DNA from: Macrostomum hystrix
Lineage: Eukaryota; Animalia; Platyhelminthes
Assembly: GCA_950097015.1 (NCBI GenBank)
Contig: CATNEN010000034.1
Coordinates: 4,092,001-4,156,000, forward strand
DNA: 64,000 nt
Reading direction: 5' to 3'
Part shown: piece by piece, positions 22,401 to 31,446 of the stretch
Layout: each line of letters starts with the position of its first letter
Position numbering within the stretch: the first letter of the stretch is position 1
The notes under the pieces: model-generated
What the model was told of the DNA's origin: nothing
What the model saw: the letters and a program-made list of their open reading frames with translations, nothing else
Databases searched by the model: none
Translations under genes and position numbers: made by a program

Positions 22401-25400
22401 AGGTGCGGCTGCTGCTCGCCTGGCCTCCGCCACCGCCTCCGCCGCCGTCACTGGCCTCAAGCGTCAGGTTGTAGGAGGCGCTGCTGACACTCGCCTGGGC
22501 CAGGGGCTTCCGAACCCGCAGGCTGCCTTCGCTGGGGTCCACCAGGAACAGGCCGTCGACGTCGCCGCCGATGATGGCGTAGCGCACTCTGCCGGCTTCG
22601 CCAGCGTCGGGATCGGCCGCGCTCAGTCGGGCGACAACGCGACCAACCTCGGCATGTCTCGAGACGTTGACGCTGCGCAGGCGGCTTGATGGCACGATCC
22701 ATTCTGGCGCGTGATCGTTGCGATCGCGAACGCATACCGAGACAGTGGCGTAGCTGCTCAGCGGACGGGCGCCGCGGTCGGCTACCCGAACCCGGAACGA
22801 GTAGAAGCGATCCTCGCCGGAGACGGAAGTTGGGGAGGACAGGTGGGGACTTTCGCGGTCGAGCTTGTCGGTGGTCCTCAGCTGAACGGAGCCAGGACCT
22901 GTTGGCACCAGCTGGGGAAAATTTCAGGTAGCAGTTAAAAATGGACTTTAATTAGTGCGAGGTCAAGAGGTCTGGAGTTCGAATCTTAGCCACTGACAAC
23001 AACGCTGACAACAATTGGATCTCTAACTGCTCTCCAAGACTCTAAGGCTTGGGAATAAGTCGACAAACTAAGTAGATTCTGATTTGGGAAGATTTTTGTT
23101 TGGTAAGATTCTATTAAGTACTTTTGTTTGTGAAGATTCTGATCTGTGAAGATTCTGGTTTAATAAGATTCTAGCTAGTACTGATTACAGCTTTGGGAGA
23201 TTCTGATTTGGGAAGATTCTGGTTTGGAAAGATTCTGGTTTGGGAAGATTCTGGTTTGGGAAGATTCTGGTTTGGGAAGATTCTGGTTTGGGAAGATTCT
23301 GGTTTGGGAAGATTCTGGTTTAGGAAAACTCTTATTTGTGAAGGTTCTGAAGCGTCTATAGTATCCGAGTGTGGTTTGCATGGGTCCCATTATCCCCTCT
23401 AGTTATCACTGTACAATCTGACAGGCTGACAGGCTGTCTGAGCTTTTCTAGTTTGGCAAGCAGCGCCGAGTTCGCTGCATTCTTAGAAACTCTCCTCCTC
23501 CTTGCTAAATTCTCCCTTGGTGCTGAAATCCTCTAATCACGGCTAATCGGGCTGCTAAGCCAGGCAGATTTTGAATCCGGGCGAGAGGGCGAAAGAGGGG
23601 GAGAACGTTCGTCGAGTAGTCCCGTCAGCGAGTTGTCGCGATCGGCCGGCGAGAAGCCACGTTGATACGAGAGATAATGAGAGGGAGAGGCGGGCTAGAT
23701 AGGGCAAGCTGGGGCTGATAGAGCTAGCAGGCTCAAACTGAATTAGAGGGAAACTTGAGGTTATTAGTGGGCTGGCGAACAATGCGTTTATTTTTAATTC
23801 TGCATGCCAGCACAGCCTTATCAATTTCTCATAAACAAGAGCACATCAACAACCGTACCAGCAGCAGACTGATGTGAGCGAGTTTACATGTCACAGGTGA
23901 CACAGGTGACACATGCGGAAGACAAAAAGGACCCTAACTGGAGTAGGTGGCGGCACATCAAAGACCCCAACTGGAGTAGGTGGCGGCACATCAAAGACCC
24001 CAACTGGAGTGAGGTGGCGGCACATCAAAGACCCCAACTGGAGTGAGGTGGCGGAACATCAAAGACCCCAACTGGAGTGAGGTGGCGGAACATCAAAGAC
24101 CCCAACTGGAGTGAGGTGGCGGAACATCAAAGACCCCAACTGGAGTGAGGTGGCGGAACATCAAAGACCCCAACTGGAGTGAGGTGGCGGAAAATCAAAG
24201 ACCCTAACTGGAGTGAGGTGGCGGAACATCAAAGACCCCAACTGGAGTGAGGTGGCGGAAAATCAAAGACCCCAACTGGAGTGAGGTGGCGGAACATCAA
24301 AGACCCTAACTGGAGTGAGGTGGCGGAACATCAAAGACCCCAACTGGAGTGAGGTGGCGGAACATCAAAGACCCTAACTGGAGTGAGGTGGCGGAACATC
24401 AAAGACCCCAAATGGAGTGAGGTGGCGGCACATCAAAGACCCCCTCTTGGTTGAGGTTGTGGTGTAAAAAAGATCTTTAAGCCTTAAAAATAAAGGTTTA
24501 CAACGTGCCGTTAAATCCAAACAAAGCTTAAATTTACCCGAAACGGCAACTGCTGAGAAGTAAGTGGCACAATGGCAAAGTGCATCTGAGCATTCACGCC
24601 TTCGTCGCCATCGGAAGCGCTGAGGTTTCCCACGGGGCTGTCCGGTGGCTCGTTCTCGTACACCTCGAATGAGTATTCGGCGTGCTCAAACTTCGGCGTG
24701 TTGTCATTGGCGTCGATCACTCGAATCGTCACCTTCACGGTGGCATTTAGCGATGGTTCACCGTTGTCGCTGGCCACCGCAGTCAGTCGGAGCTCAGCTC
24801 GCGTCTCCCTATCCAGGGTGCCTGCGGTGAGAATCTCCCCGCTATTTGGCAGGATGGTGAACAGCTTGGAGTCGTCAAGGTCGAGTAGCGAATAGGTCAC
24901 TCGCCCGTTCCGCATGGCGTCTCGATCCGTGGCCCGTACTGAACCGACTCTAGACTGGGCCGGCAGGTTCTCGCGAATCAGGAACTCGTAGCGAGCCGAT
25001 TCGAACACGGGCGCCTCGTCGTTGACGTCTAAGACCTGTTGAAGGGAGTGTTTGGCTCTCAGGTGGGATTTCTCCCTATGTTTAAAATAACTGTTGAGGG
25101 GAGTATTTGGCTCTCAGGTGGGATTTCCGCTGTATTTTAAAACACCTGTTGAGGGGGGTGTTTGATTCTCAGGTGAGATTTCTCCCGTTGTTTAAAACAC
25201 CTGTTCAAGGGAGGGTTTGGCTCTCAGGTGGGATTTTTCCTGTCGTTTAAAACACCTGTTGAAGGGAGGGTTTGATATTCTCAGGTAGGATTTCTCCCGT
25301 AGTTTAAAACACCTTTGAGGATAGTGTTCAGGTGGGAATTTTTCTCGCATACCTGTACATAGATGGTGAAGGTGCTGGTAAGCGGCGGCAGTCCCTGGTC

Positions 25401-27912
25401 CTTGCACACCACAGGCAGAGTGTAGGACTCGCGCCTCTCTCTGTCAAGCTTCTCCAAGTTGATGATGTTGTAGGCCTTCTGGCTCTGCCTAGCCGAGGTC
25501 TGCTGCAGCTGGAACAGCAGACCGGCTGGTCCCTGGATCTCGCAGTCGGCCTCGCCGGCTTTACCGGAGTCGGCGTCGGTGACGGAGGCGAAGCCGAGGA
25601 AGCTGCGCGGCGCGGTGTTCTCCATCACGGACAATGTGCTCATCTTCACAACGGCCTGGTTCTGACCCAGCTGGAACACCTGCAGCTCCGGTGGGCAGTC
25701 GTTCTCGTCAAGTACATTGATTTCAATCCGAGCCGTTGAAGATCTCGGACGAGCGGCGCGATCAAGGGCCACCACGGCGAATTCGAAGCGGCGCGATTCC
25801 CCAGACTCGTAGTCAAGCCGGCGGCGCAGGTAGAGCCGGCCGAGGCGCCGGTCCAGCCGGAAGTAGTCCCGGATGCGCGGCGGGGCCGTGCGGGCCAGCT
25901 CGAACTCCACCTAGCATTATTTTTTCGTTTCGATTCGGTTTGATTGACTCCAGAACGCTTTTCGATGAAAAATTAGCTGGGAGATCTATTGGAGAAGCTG
26001 GGAGATCTATTGGAGAAGCTGGTAGATCTATTGGAGAAGCTGGTAGATCTATTGGAGAAGCTGGGAGATCTGATGGAGAAGCCGGGAGATCTATTGGAGA
26101 AGCTGGGAGATCTATTGGAGAAGCTGGTAGATTTATTTGATATATCTATTGGAGAAGCTTGGAGATCTATTGGAGAAGCTTGGAGATCTATTGGAGAAGC
26201 TTGGAGATCTATTGGAGAAGCTTGGAGATCTGTTGGAGAAGCTGTGAGTAAGATGACAGAGTCAGTGAGATTTTGAGCACGCAGGTAATACAACAATGAT
26301 CTCACCAATCCGTTTCGCCCTAGATCCGGATCGCTGGCATTCAGCTGCAGCAGGGCTTGTTCCAGCGGCACAGACTCGGGCACGTGAATCTGGTACACAG
26401 ACTGGTTGAACAGTGGCGCGTTGTCGTTCACATCTTCTAGCACCACCCGCAGCTGAACACTCGCCGACAGTCGCTCCAGGCCTTGGTCCCGGGCCACCAG
26501 CGTTAAATTGAAAACACCAACCTGCTCCCTGTCCAGCCGCTTGTTCACCACAATGGACACTCCACTGTCCGACCCGTCACCGACACCACCACCGATGCCG
26601 AGGCTGCCGGAGCCCCCTCCGCCGAGGACGCTGAATGTGCCGCTGGGATCCGTGAGCTCGTACTCGATTGTCCCGTTGGCGCCCAGATCCGGGTCTACGG
26701 CCGCCTCCACGGCGAAGGCGCGGCCGGGTGAAAAATCTTCTGCAAGGCGAATCTCCAGAGGCCCTGCGCGATGGTGCGACCAGGCGGGCGGGTTGTCGTT
26801 CAGGTCCTGCACCGACACCGACACGCCGAGTGTGGTGGGAGGCAGATCGTCTCGCTCGAAGCGCAGCACCTGCAGATTAGTATTTGAGAAATTAATCAAA
26901 TCCAACTTCAATCATCAATCACCAACTTCCTCTGTCCCTCCGCCTCCCTCTGTCCCTCCACCTTCCTCTCACCCTCCGCCTTCCTCTGTCCCTCCGCCTT
27001 CCTCTCACCCTCCGCCTTCCTCTCACCCTCCGCCTCCCTCTCACCCTCCGCCTTCCTCTGTCCTTCCGCCTTCCTCTGTCCCTCCGCCTCCCTCTGTCCC
27101 TCCGCCTTCCTCTCACCCTCCGCCTTCCTATCACCCTCCGCCTTCCTCTGTCCCTCCGCCTTCCTCTGTCCCTCCGCCTTCCTCTCACCTTCCGCCTTCC
27201 TCTGTCCCTCCGCCTCCCTCTGTCCCTCCGCCTTCCTCTGTCCCTTCGCCTTCCTCTCACCCTCCGCCTTCCTCTGTCCCTCCGCCTTCCTCTGTCCCTC
27301 CGCCTTCCTCTCACCTTCCGCCTTCCTCTGTCCCTCCGCCTTCCTCTGTCCCTCCGCCTTCCTCTGTCCCTCCGCTTTCCTCTGTCCCTCCGCCTTCCTC
27401 TGTCCTTCCGCCTTCCTCTGTCCCTCCGCCTTCCTCTGTCCCTCCGCCTTCCTCTGTCCCTCCGCCTTCCTCTGTCCCTCCGCCTTCCTCTCACCCTCCG
27501 CCTTCCTCTGTCCCTCCGCCTTCCTCTCACCCTCCGCCTTCCTCTCACCCTCCGCCTCCCTCTCACCCTCCGCCTTCCTCTCACCCTCTGCCTTCTCTGT
27601 CCCCTCGCTGCTCACCTGGAACTCCAGGTAGCAGGCGTTGATACCGGCGCAGCTTTCTAGCGAGTCGCGATCAACGCGCCGTCGCACCCGGATTTTGCCA
27701 TCAGCCTCAACCGTGAAAAAGCCGCTGGCGTCACGGCCGCTGGGCACCAGGCTGAAGCTCTTGCCGTGCGGCTGCAGACTGCCCACCAGCGAACCCGGCA
27801 CCAGCTCCTCCTCCATGCTGAAGGTCAGCTGGCCGGGGCTCAGCGAGGCGGCCCTGATGGCAATGTCAATCAGCAGCAGCAATAGCAACAGCAGCATTGT
27901 CACTAACCGCAT
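13089..27912 (-). CDS. Protocadherin, delta-1 type (signal peptide, 7 cadherin repeats, TM, low-complexity cytoplasmic tail), 8 exons, ~1125 aa
   Basis: Exons 27912-27616, 26869-26306, 25910-25353, 25035-24538, 22911-22113, 16299-16160, 15156-15033, 13486-13089 join in frame (3378 nt). Leu-rich signal peptide; Ca-binding linkers DLNDNPP, DVNDNAP, DENDCPP, DVNDEAP, DANDNTP, DRNDHAP; LDRE/LDYE and DxD motifs; [24 protein letters not shown]. The three cytoplasmic exons rest on splice-phase consistency only. Confidence 0.85.
15033..15156 (-). CDS. Protocadherin cytoplasmic exon 7 (putative)
   Basis: acceptor cattcgcag, donor GTGAGG; phase 0 to 1; open. Confidence 0.65.
15175..15425. repeat. 30-bp minisatellite (CCAGTGTACATTCRCGGAGTGAGGSGTGCG), protocadherin intron 6
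   Basis: 8 units ending next to the exon 7 acceptor. Confidence 0.96.
16160..16299 (-). CDS. Protocadherin cytoplasmic exon 6 (putative)
   Basis: GC-rich island between acceptor ttcgcag and donor GTGAGA; open in the required phase (1 to 0). Confidence 0.65.
16365..16745. repeat. 15-bp minisatellite (GGATTCCCCTCGTCG), degenerating rightwards
   Basis: tandem units. Confidence 0.92.
17775..19373. repeat. 44/46-bp minisatellite with embedded (AG)n
   Basis: ~36 highly homogeneous units AGTGGATTGCTAGTCTAACCTCTTCGATAAATGATT(AG)n. Confidence 0.98.
19805..20345. repeat. 33-bp minisatellite (AAGGGGAATCCCATGGYGGCTTTTTGTAAAGGG) with degenerate flank
   Basis: ~12 units. Confidence 0.95.
21844..21963 (+). 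mobile_element. tRNA-derived SINE, 3'-truncated copy (protocadherin intron 5)
   Basis: GGTTGTAGCCTTGTGGTTGGAGCGTCGG..GGTTCGATTCCCGAC..TTAGCAAGACACTTAACT. Confidence 0.8.
22113..22911 (-). CDS. Protocadherin exon 5 (EC6-EC7, TM)
   Basis: [19 protein letters not shown], hydrophobic TM, donor GTGAGT. Confidence 0.92.
23075..23335. repeat. 16-bp minisatellite (GGGAAGATTCTGGTTT)
   Basis: tandem units. Confidence 0.93.
23925..24445. repeat. 34-bp minisatellite (AAAGACCCCAACTGGAGTGAGGTGGCGGAACATC), protocadherin intron 4
   Basis: ~15 units. Confidence 0.97.
24538..25035 (-). CDS. Protocadherin exon 4 (EC5, start of EC6)
   Basis: [26 protein letters not shown]. Confidence 0.93.
25036..25352. repeat. 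~55-bp tandem repeat spanning the whole of protocadherin intron 3
   Basis: 5 full diverged units plus one shorter unit at the donor end. Confidence 0.93.
25353..25910 (-). CDS. Protocadherin exon 3 (EC3-EC4)
   Basis: LDYE, DENDCPP, DADSG, LDRE. Confidence 0.93.
25970..26245. repeat. 21-bp minisatellite (GGAGATCTATTGGAGAAGCTK), protocadherin intron 2
   Basis: ~13 units. Confidence 0.95.
26306..26869 (-). CDS. Protocadherin exon 2 (end of EC1, EC2, start of EC3)
   Basis: [26 protein letters not shown]. Confidence 0.93.
26927..27600. repeat. 18-bp minisatellite (CCTCCGCCTTCCTCTGTC / ..CTCAC), protocadherin intron 1
   Basis: ~37 units; source of the PPSSV / AEGQRK / RGRRRD ORFs. Confidence 0.97.
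27616..27912 (-). CDS. Protocadherin exon 1 (signal peptide, EC1)
   Basis: [12 protein letters not shown]...VDRDSLESC...LEFQ|GTGAG. Confidence 0.9.
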
Positions 27913-28819
27913 TCCCAATCGATGTGAGATTCTGGAATGTGATTATAGAGTTGTAATCTTGAAAACGCAGAATCTGAAAATATCTAAAAAATCATACTCT
28001 CAATGGAACAACCATTTCAATCATACGAGCTAGTTAAAAGTACACTCGATTTTCGTTAGAATGCGAGTGCTAAATTTGTAACAATTTTTTCATGCCGAGT
28101 CTCAGTTTGCAGTGTAACAAAACCCGCCAAGTTGTCCGGAACCGAAAATTGAAAATCTAAGTCGATGAAGTAAATGAATTAAATAAGTGGCTTCGTTGTC
28201 AATTATCTCGGCAAACAGGTGGGTCCTTACAGACTTGCGCTATATATATATACTATTGTAGTCGCATAATTAAGCGATTTGACCAGACAGCCTGAGACTG
28301 CTCAGACACAAAATTAGTGAGTCTATTATATTGACTCAAGCAGTGTTTCTGGCTTGCGCTGTGTGCTAACAAATATGTGTCTGACCAACCTCAGGAAAAG
28401 CTGTCTATTGCCCGCAAATTACAAGAAAATAACTTTATAAACGCGTTCTAATGTTGAACGTCTGTCCGTTTTAGTTAGGTCTTAGCTCCGTAGTCAATTT
28501 AGATTGTCCTGTTAGATGGCTATCGGCATCCGGTGGGTATGTTTTCATCATTTTCTACTGTGCAGTACTCTGGGCCCGCTCCGGGTTGCACTTTATTTAT
28601 GTTTGTGTGAACAGCGCCGGCTATAATCGACTCAATAGACTCCGCATTTCAATAGACTATATTGTACGTGGATTAGATTTGTTGTTGCTTTTTAACTCTA
28701 TAATAGTTTTATTTGCTCGCGTGCTTTTTTTTAGTTTGTGTTGCAACCAGCCCTACCGGTTTTTTTTACTAAACTGTTCCCACTCTGCCTCCCTGTCTCC
28801 GTCACTTCACCCGGCACTC

Positions 28820-29865
28820 CAACCCCATCACTCCACCCAGTCACTCCACCCAGTCACTCGACACAGTCACTCCACCCCGTCACTCTACCCCGTCACTCTA
28901 CCCCGTCACTCCACCCCGTCACTCCACCCAGTTACTCCACCCAGTCACTCCACCCCGTCACTCCACCCCGTCACTCTACCCCGTCACTCCACCCCGTCAC
29001 TCCACCCAGTCACTCCACACAGTCACTTCACCCAGTCACTCCACCCAGTCACTCCACCCAGTCACTCCACTCAGTCACTCCACCCCATCACTCCACCCAG
29101 TCACTCCACCCCATCACTCCACCCAGTCACTCCACCCAGTCACTCCACCCAGTCACTCCACCCAGTCACTTCACCCAGTCACTCCACCCAGTTACTCCAC
29201 CCAGTCACTCCACCCCGTCACTCCACTCAGTCACTCCACCCAGTCACTCCACCCCGACACTCCACCCAGTCACTCCACACAGTCACTTCACCCAGTCACT
29301 CCACTCAGTCACTCCACTCAGTCACTCCACCCAGTCACTCCACCCCGACACTCCACCCAGTCACTCCGCCCCGACACTTCACCCAGTCACTCCACCCAGT
29401 CACTCCACCCAGTCACTCCACCCCGTCACTCTACCCCGTCACTCCACCCCGTCACTCTACCCAGTCACTCCACCCAGTCACTCCACCCAGTCACTCCACC
29501 CAGTTACTCCACCCCGTCACTCCACCCCGTCACTCCACCCAGCCACTCCACCCAGTCACTCCACCCAGTCACTCCACCCAGTCACTCCACCCAGTTACTC
29601 CACCCCGTCACTCCACCCCGTCACTCCACCCAGCCACTCCACCCAGTCACTCCACCCAGCCACTCCACCCCGTCACTCCACCCAGCCACTCCACCCAGTC
29701 ACTCCACCCAGTCACTCCACCCAGTCACTCCACCCCGTCACGCTACCCCGTCACTCCACCCAGCCACTCCACTTCGTCACTCCACCCAGCCACTCCACCC
29801 AGTCACTCCACCCAGTCACTCCACCCAGTCACTCCACCCCGTCACTCCACCCCGTCACTTCACAC
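28820..29865. repeat. 13-bp minisatellite (CACTCCACCCAGT)
   Basis: ~80 units, ending ~90 bp before the LTR insertion. Confidence 0.97.
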
Positions 29866-29958
29866 ATCCTTGTATCCGAAGCCATACGCACAATATTCTC
29901 TGTCTGGGGTTTTGAACCCTCCCTATTCCACGGTCCCCACTATGGGCAGTGAGGAATA

Positions 29959-30113
29959 TGTTGTGCAGTTGATTAATGCACGTACATAGTTCGTACATGT
30001 ACACCTCTGATATCGATTGGCGCAGAATATATATAGTCCAATAACTGAGAGCCAACTTGGCGTGAAAGTTTCGGATACTAACTTGGCTGACTCGCTACTA
30101 TTCATTTACAACA
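29959..30113 (+). repeat. 5' LTR
   Basis: TG...CA termini; matches 34428-34582 base for base by eye. Confidence 0.96.
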
Positions 30114-30244
30114 TTGGCATCGCAAGCTCAAGCGAACACCCACCCCAATAAGCCGGGGTCGGAGTAGACTGAAGTGAAGTGACTGCAAGCCTGCCAAGCC
30201 AAGCGTAAACAACAGCGCCAAACTGCAAAAGTGCAAACTGAAAC

Positions 30245-31446
30245 ATGACGAGTGACAGCAACTCAGCAGAAGCGCCGCGGATCAGCGTATCGCCGCCGGA
30301 TCAATTCCTGCCGCAGCCGGGCCGACCGGCGAGGCCGTGGAAAGAGTGGAAGGCCCTCTTTGAGAACTACTTACTTGCGGCCGGCTACGACACTTTGCCG
30401 GAAGCGAGGAGGCGCGCGCTGTTGCTGCACTGCCTTGGCGCGGAAGGGCAGCGAGTCTTTGCGGCTGTGGCAGCAACGAAGAGGCCGAGTCCGACAGAAC
30501 TCGCGGCGACAGTCGCGATTCTGGACGAGCAGTTCGGAGCCAAAGTCAACGTGGTGGCGGAGCGCCACAAGTTTCGGCAGCGCAGTCAGCGTCCGGGTGA
30601 AAAGATTGCGGACTTCGTGGCGGCTCTGTATGCTCTGGCTGGCTCATGTGAGTTCCGCGACATGATGGAAGAAATGATCCGCGACCAGATCGTGGAGAAG
30701 GTCAGCGACAGGCGAATTCGAGAGCGCTTGCTGATCGAGGACGGCCTGACGCTGCAGAAGGCAGTGACGCTGAGCCAGCAATGGGAGACCAGCATCGCTG
30801 AGGCCAGCGCGATAGAGACGGAAGGCGCAGCCGCGGCCGGAGCACAGCTGGAAGAAGAGGTGAAGAGAGTCCGACTACAACCAGACAGGAAGAACACAGG
30901 ACAAGGGCGACCAGATCGAGAGTCATGCTCCAAGTGCGGAGGCGGGCACAACAGACGAGCCCGGTGTCCAGCTGAAGGCAAGAGTTGTCATGTCTCCGGG
31001 AAGGCGAACCATTTCGGCCGGATGTGCAGGTCGCAGGGCGCCAAGGTCGCCGAGGTCATGGACGAGAGCGGCCAAGCCGTGTACATGGTGCGCGGCGCCT
31101 CCAGTCCCGACATCCGCTGCCGGCTGAAGGTGCATGGCATCTGGCTGAATCTGCTTGTAGACTCGGGAGCCAAGGTGTCCATCCTGTCAGAGAGGACCTT
31201 CAGGAAGCTCGGAAACCGGTCGCCACTCCAGCCGTCGACCAAGAAACTCATCGCGTACAACGGCAAGGCAATCGATGTCGTCGGCGAGGCGGTGCTGTCC
31301 GTCAGCTATCGCGGCCAGCTGGTGCCATTTTTCTGCTTTACCGTGGTACGGCAAGGCTCCGACATCATGGGAACGGATCTGATGCAGCACCTCAGCTTCC
31401 AGGTGGTGGACAAGGACGGCGACCTCGTGCGCACAGTCGAAAAAAA
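30245..31446 (+). CDS. gag: Gag (zinc knuckles) + aspartic protease
   Basis: LRQ-type gag core (ERHKFRQRSQRPGE), CSKCGGGH..C and CHVSGKANHFGRMC knuckles, protease LLVDSGAKVSIL. Confidence 0.92.

Noticed and set aside
22960-23000. Further tRNA/SINE fragment (GGAGTTCGAATC B-box-like)
   Set aside because: Too short; no A-box or shared SINE body.
26508-29989. Pro-, Arg- or His/Thr-rich long ORFs (mucin-, extensin- or protamine-like)
   Set aside because: Translations of the 18-bp and 13-bp arrays; no unique domains; open in several frames and strands.
30044-30095. Hammerhead-like motif in the LTR (CTGAGAG..GCCAACTTGGC..GAAA)
   Set aside because: Core mismatched and stem II would need a 1-nt loop; at most a simple hairpin.
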